Origin: Trichodesmium erythraeum IMS101 | GTDB taxonomy: Bacteria > Cyanobacteriota > Cyanobacteriia > Cyanobacteriales > Microcoleaceae | Direction of reading: 5' to 3' | Assembly: GCF_000014265.1 (NCBI RefSeq) | Contig: NC_008312.1 | Span: 7,260,001-7,292,000 of the forward strand | Length of the DNA: 32,000 nt | Shown here: positions 18,197 to 27,039 of the stretch, in pieces | Numbering within the stretch: the first letter of the stretch is position 1 | Layout: each line of letters opens with the position of its first letter | The notes under the pieces: model-generated | Told to the model about the DNA's origin: nothing | Seen by the model: the letters and a program-made list of their open reading frames with translations, nothing else | Database searches by the model: none | Position numbers and translations under genes: made by a program

Positions 18197-18365
18197 TTCT
18201 AAATTATTATTTATCAATTCTAAATTCTCATTATTGTTATCTGCAACTATGGATAAAAAAACTTCTAAATTATTATTTATCAATTCTAAATTCTCATTAT
18301 TATTGTCTGCAACTATGGATTAAAAAAACTTCTAAATTATTAATTCTAAATTATTAATTCTAACT
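18197..18365. repeat. Tandem repeat, about 66-bp unit x about 2.5, AT-rich
   Basis: TTCTAAATTATTATTTATCAATTCTAAATTCTCATTATTGTTATCTGCAACTATGGATAAAAAAAC (18197-18262) repeats at 18263-18329. A partial third unit is built of TTCTAAATTATTAA sub-repeats. Confidence 0.85.
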
Positions 18366-18374
18366 TTGCTACCT

Positions 18375-18612
18375 CATTCCTAGATATTCACCCCAATTAT
18401 GAATGAGATATGAGTCAGATTAATTCAGAATATTTATTACTTTCAAAAATTATATTTCTTGATATATTAAGAGTTAAATTTACAGAGTTTAGGAGTTCAT
18501 TAATAACAAAATTACAACTACAAACTGTTGGTTTTAATGAAATATAATTTATTTGGGACAATGCTAGAATATACCCAAAAATAGTAGGGGTAAACCTAGA
18601 TAAGCCGTGGAT
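18375..18612 (+). pseudogene. Duplicated, decayed copy of the methyltransferase 3' end
   Basis: ..CACCCCAATTATGAATGAGATATGAGTCAGATTAATTCAGAA..ACAAAATTACAACTACAAACTGTTGGTTTTAATGAAAT..GTAAACCTAGATAAGCCGTGG aligns with 17800-18035, about 85 percent identical by eye. Confidence 0.7.
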
Positions 18613-18919
18613 AAGTTTCTTATTTGAAAAAAAAATTTAGCTGGTATTTCAATTGGAGAAATCAATTTGGTTTAACAAAACTTCCTACCTAAAAAAAATT
18701 TTTGCCCAAGTAGAACCTCAATAGTTAAAACTGTTTACAAAATGTGATAATTTAAGCAAAATAAGTAAATAAACACAAAGATTTATTGTCATTATTATTG
18801 ATATTGGAGGAAGGAGGAAACAAAGTGTTTGGGCAACATGACCTAGAAAAGCAATCACAAACTCTCGCTCTTAACTGAAAAAGTGGGTTTCACGCCTTGC
18901 CCTTATAGGGCGACTTTAA

Positions 18920-19063
18920 TTATTTGATAAACATTTTTTCTTGTTCAGTTGCTTCAACAACAACTTCTGGCAAACTATCAATAACTTCTTCAATTACTTG
19001 AGTCATTGTTTTACCTTGTAGTCGTAGATATAATCTTAACTTATTCATACTTTTATCATTCAT
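18920..19063 (-). CDS. Small hypothetical protein (47 aa from ATG 19063; 60 aa if TTG 19102), possibly ribbon-helix-helix-like
   Basis: MNDKSMNKLRLYLRLQGKTMTQVIEEVIDSLP.. has a short beta-like segment followed by a helix, as in CopG-type proteins. No partner toxin ORF lies downstream. The call is weak. Confidence 0.3.
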   Translation of the reverse strand: MNDKSMNKLRLYLRLQGKTMTQVIEEVIDSLPEVVVEATEQEKMFIK

Positions 19064-19224
19064 CCGCAATCTTAATTGATTATTTTTCACATTTATCCCC
19101 AATGTGTAACTAATTATACTACCTACATTCGGCTATTTTGCTCCACAACATTTGCTATTGCAATGATATGATTTAATTAATTCTGTCCAACGAGTTATAT
19201 ATAGCAATCAAAGGGTATTAAATT

Positions 19225-20568
19225 ATGGCATACGATTATGATTTATTTGTAATAGGCGCAGGGTCAGGAGGGTTAGCGTCTTCAAAAAGAGCAGCATCTT
19301 ATGGAGCAAAAGTAGCGATCGCTGAAAATGATCTAGTCGGAGGCACCTGCGTCATTAGAGGATGTGTACCAAAAAAACTTATGGTTTATGGTTCGAGATT
19401 TTCTCATTTCTATAAAGATGCGGTAGGCTACGGTTGGAGTGAAGTAGAACCCAGTTTTGATTGGCATAAATTAATAGATGCTGTGAATACAGAAGTCTTA
19501 CGTCTGAATAAACTACATATCAGTTTCCTTGAAAAAGCAGGAGTAGAAATAATAGAAGAATATGCTAAATTTATTGATCCCCATACAATAGAAGTAGGCG
19601 ATCGCAAAGTTACAGCAGACAAAATTTTAATAGCTGTTGGAGGTAAACCAGAGAAAATAGACATTCCCGGAATAGAATATAGTATTACTTCCCGTGAAAT
19701 TTTCCACCTCAAGGAACAACCAAAAAGAATGGCAGTCTGGGGAGGAGGTTATATTGGTGTTGAATTTGCCGGAATTTTAAATGGAGTAGGCACCGAAGTG
19801 ACTCAAATTATTCGTAGAGATTCAATTTTGCGAGGTTTTGATACGGATATCTCCAGCAATATTCAAGAAGGAATGGTAAAGCATGGGATTAATTTCCGGG
19901 AAAATACAAATGTGGAAAAAATTGAGAAAGTACCAGAAGGGTTAAAAGTTCACTTGAGTGGAGAAAACGCTGAACCTTTAATAGTTGATACATTCCTCTG
20001 TGCAACTGGTCGTAAACCAAACTTAGCAGGCTTAAATTTAGAAAACGCTGGAGTCGAAACACTTAGAGGTGCAGTTGCTGTGAGTAACAACTGTCGCACA
20101 ACTCAAGCAAATATTTATGCTATTGGAGATTGTATAGATAAAGTAAATTTAACCCCTATTGCTATTGCTCAAGGTCGCGCTTTTGCTGATACGGAATTTG
20201 GCAATATTCCTAGATCAATTTCTCTAGAAAATATTCCTACTGCAGTATTCTCAGAACCTGAAGGAGGAACAGTAGGTCTGACAGAAGCAGCAGCAAGAGA
20301 AAAATTTGGTGACTCTATCAAATGTTATCGCTCTAAGTTTCGTCCCATGTTCCACAGTTTCACAGGTGCAGACGAGAAAGTCATGGTAAAATTGGTAGTT
20401 GAGACTAATACTGACAGAATTTTAGGAGTACACATGGTGGGTAAGGATGCTGGTGAAATTATTCAGGGTATGGCGATCGCTGTTAATATGGGCGCAACCA
20501 AAGCAGACTTTGACCGTACTATTGGTATTCATCCTTCTACTGCAGAAGAGTTGGTGACTTTAAATTAA
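19225..20568 (+). CDS. gor: Glutathione-disulfide reductase
   Basis: FAD fold VIGAGSGG, redox-active disulfide GGTCVIRGCVPKK (the plant/cyanobacterial GR style), second dinucleotide fold WGGGYIGVEFAG, and the C-terminal interface motif IGIHPSTAEE. Confidence 0.88.
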   Translation: MAYDYDLFVIGAGSGGLASSKRAASYGAKVAIAENDLVGGTCVIRGCVPKKLMVYGSRFSHFYKDAVGYGWSEVEPSFDWHKLIDAVNTEVLRLNKLHISFLEKAGVEIIEEYAKFIDPHTIEVGDRKVTADKILIAVGGKPEKIDIPGIEYSITSREIFHLKEQPKRMAVWGGGYIGVEFAGILNGVGTEVTQIIRRDSILRGFDTDISSNIQEGMVKHGINFRENTNVEKIEKVPEGLKVHLSGENAEPLIVDTFLCATGRKPNLAGLNLENAGVETLRGAVAVSNNCRTTQANIYAIGDCIDKVNLTPIAIAQGRAFADTEFGNIPRSISLENIPTAVFSEPEGGTVGLTEAAAREKFGDSIKCYRSKFRPMFHSFTGADEKVMVKLVVETNTDRILGVHMVGKDAGEIIQGMAIAVNMGATKADFDRTIGIHPSTAEELVTLN

Positions 20569-20690
20569 TTAGCTTAGAAGGCCTGAAATCAAATTATGAC
20601 TTTATGATCGTGATTAGACCAAAAAAGAGATTTAACTAATAACTGATTTCAGTACAACTATTTTTGTTGGTAAATTTATAGAATACTTTT

Positions 20691-20725
20691 GCTAAAGCGT
20701 TCTAATTTAAAAGAGGCGCTTTAGC
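20691..20725. terminator. Hairpin between the convergent gor and DUF4336 genes (possible bidirectional terminator)
   Basis: GCTAAAGCG (20691-20699) pairs with CGCTTTAGC (20717-20725), a 9-bp perfect stem with a 17-nt loop. The large loop and lack of a clear U-tract make this weak. Confidence 0.3.
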
Positions 20726-20858
20726 ATTGTTTATGAGTGACTAGTTGATTAATTATCCATTCCTTCAGTTGCTCACGCACCCGCAGAATCATTCTCTACC
20801 CCCAATTATTGAGGGGATACACAAATATCCACCCTTGAATTCTACAGAGAAAAGGCAG

Positions 20859-22040
20859 TTAACGTAAAATACCTCTTTTCTTCAATCCTTCATCTAGATT
20901 TCTCAAAAACTTTAAATCTGTCTCTGGTAAATACCCTCCACTATCCTTTTCTAAAAAACTAAACCCTTGCCTAAACTCAGACCCACTTGCCTGAATAGGT
21001 GCATCAAAGTGACAGGGAATAACTTGCCGAAAATTCCAAGTTGCCACCTTTTCAACCCACTCCATCACCTGCTGTGGATCGCGATTTAAAATCAGAGTTT
21101 GTAATATAGGCGCTACTAACAACCGCCCATCTTGTCGTAATTGTGTAAAAGAATTCTGCCAGTCAGACTTCCAGCGCCACGGTAAAAGACCAAAATATGC
21201 ACGCTTCGAGCGATCGCTTGCTTTCCAAACATTCTTTAACATTTCCTCAGCTGGAACTACATCTAAAGCATCCACCTGAAAATATAATCCAAATAAACAT
21301 ATTTTTTGCCACCCTATACATCTATTTGTGGGAGTATCTTCTACCACATCAAATACATCATCCTTAGCATGAAACAATAAAGGATATGGGTCTAAATTCA
21401 AAATTTCTGGCGGTTCAGCCGGTACAGATAAAATGGTGTCAACCGCCAGTAAAGTTTGGGATGGACTATGGCAGAATACTACTTCTGCAAAAGGTTTGAT
21501 ACCAATATCAAGGGGTCCGAGAGTCGCATATTCAAACTCTGCTGCAAAAGGTGTATCTTTACTATTAACAGGGAGCAGATATGTACGGTTTCTTGGCAAA
21601 CCCAACCAACTTAGAGGTAAATTTAAAGGAAAGCTCCATTGGTTGGGCGTGACAAAAACTTCCGCCGTGGGAAATTTTCTGGCAAATGGCCCCACATATA
21701 CCTTATGTTCTAAGCCAGAAATAGTTGGTAAAATAATGTAGCGAACTTCTCCATATTTTTCTACTAATTCATTGACAAAGCGCATACATTCCCGCGTTGG
21801 CGCTATTGGGGCATAGATAAATAAACCGCCTCCGTTCATTCTGACCACTGTCATCCTAATTGGCACAGTAACATAGAAGATACCCTGAAGTTGGTCAAAA
21901 GTCCATATTGTATCTTTAACTATTTCTTTTCTTAATGTCCGCCGTTGTCCATAGGGATATAGGGGTAAAATTGGCCATAGTGGCCATGACCAATCCCTAA
22001 AATTAGAATTTTGCTGTTGTATTTGTTTGCCTAAACGCAC
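20859..22040 (-). CDS. DUF4336 domain-containing protein (GTG start)
   Basis: 393 aa. I recognise the N-terminal signature WSWPLWPILPLYPYGQRRTL..IWTFDQLQGIFYVTVPIRMTVV..GGLFIYAPIAPT from cyanobacterial/plastid-lineage DUF4336 proteins. An in-frame TAA lies 6 codons upstream of the GTG. Confidence 0.8.
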   Translation of the reverse strand: MRLGKQIQQQNSNFRDWSWPLWPILPLYPYGQRRTLRKEIVKDTIWTFDQLQGIFYVTVPIRMTVVRMNGGGLFIYAPIAPTRECMRFVNELVEKYGEVRYIILPTISGLEHKVYVGPFARKFPTAEVFVTPNQWSFPLNLPLSWLGLPRNRTYLLPVNSKDTPFAAEFEYATLGPLDIGIKPFAEVVFCHSPSQTLLAVDTILSVPAEPPEILNLDPYPLLFHAKDDVFDVVEDTPTNRCIGWQKICLFGLYFQVDALDVVPAEEMLKNVWKASDRSKRAYFGLLPWRWKSDWQNSFTQLRQDGRLLVAPILQTLILNRDPQQVMEWVEKVATWNFRQVIPCHFDAPIQASGSEFRQGFSFLEKDSGGYLPETDLKFLRNLDEGLKKRGILR

Positions 22041-22079
22041 CTTTAATGCAGCTATTTACTACAATAGAGTTGTTGGGAT

Positions 22080-22360
22080 GGGGATAATTTTCATCCTCCC
22101 CGGCTGTTAGGAACGAGAATTCCTATCGAGCCATATTTCAATGACGGTTTGACTTTTCCCAGACTGTTGCTACCTTTGGGGTAGTCTTAGACTGGCCGAC
22201 CCGTCCATTTAAAGTCTCGGAATGCCTGAGGGCGACTTACCAAAAAATATTGTTGGTCTTTATTAGTGCTTTCAAGTGTGAAGTTCTCATTGACCTGAAA
22301 GCTTACCTTGCTTTACTCTCAACTGAAGGAGTTTCGACCTAATCTTATTTTCTACAGTAT
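22080..22360 (-). other. GC-enriched, hairpin-dense block immediately upstream of the DUF4336 gene; identity unresolved (leader RNA or group II intron remnant)
   Basis: Minus-strand hairpins: GGGGAGGAT-GAAA-ATTATCCCC (22101-22080) and GGCT..TAGGAA-TTCTCG-TTCCTA..AGCC (22132-22102). GACGG...CCGTC (22205-22143) encloses AGTC-TAA-GACT and CCCA-AAGGTAGCAACAGTC-TGGG. The motifs CCAAAGGTAGC and GAAAAGTCA also occur in I2 domain I (CCAAAGGTAGC, GAAAGTCA). Confidence 0.3.
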
Positions 22361-23037
22361 TTGTGACACAAGGCGGATATTCAAATCATTATTAATTATA
22401 GCATGGAAAGTTGTCCGATGGGCGGGCAAGGCTTTAAACCCAATTTTTCGGTAAAAATATTCAAAATCTTACTATATAAAATTTTCAGCATGGGAAGTGA
22501 AAAACACTATAAACTAATTGCGTGAATTAGAGTTTTAGCGTTTTTTTTGTTTAATTCTTAACAACCTTAATTACTAATTTATAGTATTGAGAAAAAATAA
22601 GAGAATGGCTGACTCAAATAAAATGATGCAAAAATGTAATTGTAGATTTAGAGACTCTTACAGGTGCCTGTTTTGTGACATTAGGTAATGGGTAATAATA
22701 TTGCTGGTTTCTGGAGTCCTAATAAAAACTAAAAGATAGTTACCCCAACTACAGGGTCTCAAGTTACTTTGATCAATGGCCTACCCATATTCCTGACGAA
22801 GACCTTAGCCCATTCACTAGGGGTTACAGTAGTAGGGTGGACTTTTGGCCACTGACTTAATCACAAAAGGAAAAACAACACCCTAATCGTTTCTTCAGTT
22901 ACTGGCTATTCTTTAGAGGCCTATATCGAAAATTGCAGATCGTGATTACTATTTTTAACCAAGTATTAGTCGACTCAGCTCAACATTTTTGTAACAGAAA
23001 AAATAACCACATCCTTCTTTCTAAATTTTCTATATTA

Positions 23038-23465
23038 TTAACGCAAAGCATTATTAATAGCCTTGAGAATCTCATTATCTGAATCAAGGTTAAAGATGTC
23101 ACCTTTTTGAATATATGTTACAAAAATATTAGCATCAAAGTATTCTGTAACATAACCTAAATTGCCTTGAAAAAGTATGTTATTGTTATAATCATCAAAT
23201 CCTATTAATTTAAAAATAATACTACTCCATTCTTTCTTTTGTTTAATTCTAACTTTGATATTATGACCACTTAGACCCTAATTTTTTTACCTATATTCTT
23301 TGGTTCTGTCTCTCCACAACTGGATAACCGGGGATGTTCTCCTAAACTTTCAAAATATAAAGGTTCTCCATTAATTTTTTGAGCAGCAGTTATTAAATCT
23401 TTTAATAAGGGATGATTTTTATATTGCTTTAATTTTCCTATCTGTTTGCCATTAAAGTTTATCAA
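23038..23465 (-). pseudogene. Hypothetical gene split by a frameshift near an A-run (about 23270-23290); no ATG start
   Basis: The upper frame is ..FNGKQIGKLKQYKNHPLLKDLITAAQKINGEPLYFESLGEHP... The lower frame is SGHNIKVRIKQKKEWSSIIFKLIGFDDYNNNILFQGNLGYVTEYFDANIFVTYIQKGDIFNLDSDNEILKAINNALR*. The family was not recognised. Confidence 0.3.
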
Positions 23466-23776
23466 ACTTTTACCAGATATTTTATAATATTTTTAGAGCA
23501 ATAATTTTCTAAACATCTAATAATACTGAGGCAGCAAAACGAGGAACAATAAAATCTAAGTGCTTAACTAAACTAAGAATTACTCATAACTAAAATAAGG
23601 TTTTTTTCCTGATTTTTTTGAGATTAATAGATATATTTTTAATTATTTTTTTGATTGTATATAAAATATTTACTTTCTTATAATTAGCTTATATTCTGAA
23701 TAAAAAATATAACAGAAAAACAAATCAAAATAATATTGTTAATCCTATAACAAAAATGCATATTACTACCATTATT

Positions 23777-24009
23777 AGGGCAAGATCATCTAAAATTTTA
23801 TTGACAAATCAATATTTTTATTACCTGCTTGCAATAGAAAATTTTGCAGGAATTATAAATATCAAATAATTTTTATATTATCAGTTTTCTTCCTTAATAA
23901 TTGGAATGTACTTTTATAACTAAATTAATCTCAAAACCTTTCATAAGAATTGAAAATTAGGATAATACAAAATACTATTTGTCAATAATTTTTAAGATAA
24001 ACTGACCCT
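23777..24009 (+). mobile_element. MITE-like repeat, copy B (233 bp) with 33-bp imperfect TIRs
   Basis: The left end AGGGCAAGATCATCTAAAATTTTATTGACAAAT (23777-23809) matches the reverse complement of 23977-24009, AGGGTCAGTTTATCTTAAAAATTATTGACAAAT, at 26 of 33 positions. There is no coding capacity. Confidence 0.6.
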
Positions 24010-24209
24010 GCTACGATGATTAATTGATAATATAATATGTATAAAAAATCAAAAAATTACTAACTAAAAGAAAATTATGGCTAAGCATAAACTAGGTTAA
24101 TTCACGAAATTTTATGATTTTAAAAGACAATAATTAGATCATCAAAAGCCTGTTTATTATTGTGGTGTATAAATCCTGTAAATATGAGAAATCATAATTT
24201 GATGAATTC

Positions 24210-26630
24210 CTAACTCGGTAATTCCACTGTAAAAGTTGTCCAACCATTACTACTTTTAACAATTATATTACCATTTAACTGTTCTACTAATTTTTTTACT
24301 AGAGCTAAACCTAAACCTGTTCCGCCTTGTTTCCAAGGATCTGCATTAGGTACTCGATAAAATTTATTGAATATTTTAGGTAATTCTGATTCAGGAATTT
24401 CTGATGGATTACTAACTATAAATTTGATGCTATAAAGTGTTTCTGAGAGACTCTTGTTGCTACTTTTTTGCTGGTTGATTTCTATTGAAAATTTAATTAC
24501 ACCACCATTTTGGGTATACTTACAAGCATTATTTAGAATTTCTGCTAAAATCCTCCCTAAACTATTATTATTAGAACGGATATTAGGTAATTGTTGAGGA
24601 TATTTACTATTGATAATTTGTTGCCGTTCTTTTGCTCGGGATTTAAAAGGATCTACAATAGTAGGAAGCCAAGTTGTTAAATCTATTATATCTAAAGCAA
24701 TAGATTTTTTACTCACTTCTAAATGTTGTAAATCTAATAAATCAGTAATTAATTCAATTTCTCTTTTGCACTCTGTATCTAAAATATTCAAATATTTTTG
24801 ACCCTTTTCTGAAATAGGAAATACTTTCAGCATATGAATAGCCATTTTCATATTTGATAGAGGTGTTCTTAATTCATGGGAAACAGTACTTAAAAAATCA
24901 TCTTTGAGAATATTAAGTTGTTCTAATTCTTTGACTTTTTCTTCCAATTCTATAGTGCGCTCTTGTACTTGTCTTTCTAGGTCTGTGTTGAGAATTCGTA
25001 CTTGTTGATAAAGTTGAGCTTGTTGAATAGCGATCGCTAACTGAGTTCCTAATTGCTTTAATAGATCAATTTCAGATGCTTGCCACTGTCGCGTGCCTGA
25101 GCATTCTTGGGTACACATAATTCCCCATAGTGGCCCATCTAGACAAATGGGTACTATCAAGAAAGCTTTTACCTGTTTTTCCTTCAAACTCCTAATTTCT
25201 TCTATAGGTAAATCTGTTTGATCGATATCAGCAACTGCATAAGTCTTATTTTTCTTTACTTTTAAATTTGATATTAAGTAATCATCTATAGCTTGATTAT
25301 CCATCCAAGAACTGCAATTATGAACTACTGATTCAGCAACTATCTTTGTTACTTTTGAAGATTTTACTTGAAATAAAACTACTCGATCGGCTGTCAATAA
25401 TTGTTGCACTTCTGACACTGCTGCATTTATTATTTCGTTGAGATTAAGAGATTGATGAATCCTGAGAGCAATTTTTGCCAGAAGTCGATCACGCTCTAAC
25501 TGCTCCTGTATTTCTGCCGTTCGTGCCTGCACTTCTTTTTCTAATTCTGCATTCCGACTGCGTAACAACTCCAATTTTTCTGCTTGTAGTTGATTCACAT
25601 CAGCTCGTAATTTTTTGACCAACCCAAACATTACCGTAGGGTCTACAACTTGTAGTAAGTTTGCCTGATTCACTGTTCCTAGTAATTCTCCTTGTTGACT
25701 ACATACTAACAATACTTGTACTTGTTCCTGCAACATTTTTTTCTGAGCATCCCATAGAGAATTTGTTGATTTCACAAAATTCAGTTCAGTATCCATAATT
25801 GTTTTGACAGGTATTTTTGCTAAATCCATATTCAGAAAATAAGCTTGTAGAATGTCATCTTGAGTAACTATACCAATAGGTTCTTCAATTTTTTTATTTT
25901 GTGTTTTCAGTTTTTTCTTCTGTGTAATAATCACATTATTCACTTTGTATTCTGACATCAGTTTACTAACTTGCAATAGTGATTCTGTTGCAGAAATTGT
26001 AACTGTTACACAATCATTTTTGATTTCATTTACCCGTCTTAATCTAAGAATATTAGAAGGTTGGAGCACTTGACGAATTTTTTCTGGTGTCACAACACCA
26101 ACGATTTGGTTTTTCCTATCTAGTACTGGTATATGACTAATTTTATATTTTCGGAACAAAGACAAGGCTGTAAATAAATCTTGGTCTTCTGATTCTTTGA
26201 GAGTAATAATATTGGATTTCATGACCTCTCCAAGATATATTTTTTTTGATAAACTTTCTAAGTTATTAACTTTACCAGCGGAAATTAATTTGACAATATC
26301 AGTAGTAGTCAATATTCCTAATAAAGATACTTGTATATTCTGCTTTGGAGTCTCTTGAACAGGTTTATTCTCAACTACTAAAACACATTTTGTATTTATT
26401 GGGTTTAATAATATTGATGGATAGACTTGATTTTTAGATATACTCAAATTAGGCAAAAGACAACTATTCTGTAACTGACTTATTACTTGTAAGACATCAA
26501 ACAGAAGAGTATCTGGAGTCATAGTTAATGGATGACGGTCAATTGCTTTTTGTAGAGGTGATGAATAGATAGTAGCTTCAGCAAACATAATTATATTTCC
26601 TGATTTTATAAAATAAGAACAATTATACAT
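24210..26630 (-). CDS. Sensor histidine kinase with N-terminal CBS repeats, coiled coil, GAF domain, HisKA and HATPase_c
   Basis: 806 aa with H-box FLSTVSHELRTPL, N-box ILNNACKYT and G-box GGTGLGLALVKKLV. A GAF-like region (LAKIALRIHQSLNLNEIINAAVSEVQQLL..) follows a heptad-rich segment. Repeated CBS-like units occur (e.g. VMKSNIITL..ISHIPVLDRKNQIVGVVT). An alternative start is at Met15 (26588). Confidence 0.9.
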   Translation of the reverse strand: MYNCSYFIKSGNIIMFAEATIYSSPLQKAIDRHPLTMTPDTLLFDVLQVISQLQNSCLLPNLSISKNQVYPSILLNPINTKCVLVVENKPVQETPKQNIQVSLLGILTTTDIVKLISAGKVNNLESLSKKIYLGEVMKSNIITLKESEDQDLFTALSLFRKYKISHIPVLDRKNQIVGVVTPEKIRQVLQPSNILRLRRVNEIKNDCVTVTISATESLLQVSKLMSEYKVNNVIITQKKKLKTQNKKIEEPIGIVTQDDILQAYFLNMDLAKIPVKTIMDTELNFVKSTNSLWDAQKKMLQEQVQVLLVCSQQGELLGTVNQANLLQVVDPTVMFGLVKKLRADVNQLQAEKLELLRSRNAELEKEVQARTAEIQEQLERDRLLAKIALRIHQSLNLNEIINAAVSEVQQLLTADRVVLFQVKSSKVTKIVAESVVHNCSSWMDNQAIDDYLISNLKVKKNKTYAVADIDQTDLPIEEIRSLKEKQVKAFLIVPICLDGPLWGIMCTQECSGTRQWQASEIDLLKQLGTQLAIAIQQAQLYQQVRILNTDLERQVQERTIELEEKVKELEQLNILKDDFLSTVSHELRTPLSNMKMAIHMLKVFPISEKGQKYLNILDTECKREIELITDLLDLQHLEVSKKSIALDIIDLTTWLPTIVDPFKSRAKERQQIINSKYPQQLPNIRSNNNSLGRILAEILNNACKYTQNGGVIKFSIEINQQKSSNKSLSETLYSIKFIVSNPSEIPESELPKIFNKFYRVPNADPWKQGGTGLGLALVKKLVEQLNGNIIVKSSNGWTTFTVELPS

Positions 26631-27039
26631 ATCATATCAAACAAGAGTAAAAAACATGGCAGTCTGATGATCCTGAGAAAGTTACCAATTGAAAACAAAT
26701 TCGTAAAAAAATTCCCAAAGAAGCCCTAAGTCTTTATCCAGCACTACGTCTTTTTTATTAGGACCGGGGAATTTGGGTTATAAGGGAATAGGTTTGGAGT
26801 AGTTGCAACAATAAGGAAATGTCAACGTAAAGGTATGCCTAAGACACTGACTCTGGTACTTATAATTACTTCAGTGATGTTATTGCAACAGAAGGCAAAA
26901 GCTGATGTAGGACTTGAAAAAGTGCAAAGGTGATAATGAATTAATGAAGTACAGGACCAAAAGCTTGACTTTCAGAATAGGAAAAGGTTTCATAGAACTT
27001 ATAGCAGTTTTCACAAAGATAGACTACAGTAACTACAGT

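Noticed and set aside
18197-18365. The regularly spaced repeats, considered as a possible CRISPR array
   Set aside because: The units are directly adjacent 66-bp tandem copies with no unique spacers, no cas genes are nearby, and the sequence is AT-rich and low-complexity. This is an ordinary tandem repeat.
18818-18874. An 18-codon ORF (GTG) VFGQHDLEKQSQTLALN preceded by a strong GGAGGAAGGAGGAAAC purine tract
   Set aside because: The Shine-Dalgarno-like tract is striking, but the ORF is tiny, unconserved within the window and has no recognisable context. It is noted only as a curiosity.
19428-21741. ORFs 19428-19712 (minus) and 21433-21741 (plus); also 24610-24801 (plus) and 31676-31864 (minus) elsewhere in the window
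   Set aside because: All are antisense shadows within long, well-supported genes: gor, DUF4336, the histidine kinase and the DUF4347 protein.
22036-22040. GTGCG on the minus strand at the DUF4336 start, considered as a possible fifth group II intron 5' splice site
   Set aside because: The sequence downstream is continuous DUF4336 coding sequence with the conserved N-terminal signature. No intron domains follow. The GTG is simply the start codon.
22605-22688. A 27-codon Cys-rich mini-ORF (MADSNKMMQKCNCRFRDSYRCLFCDIR) with CxC...CxxC
   Set aside because: It has only a weak purine-rich stretch upstream, no second copy or conservation evidence in the window, and is easily produced by chance in AT-rich DNA. 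It would be worth a glance only if ribosome profiling or peptide data exist.
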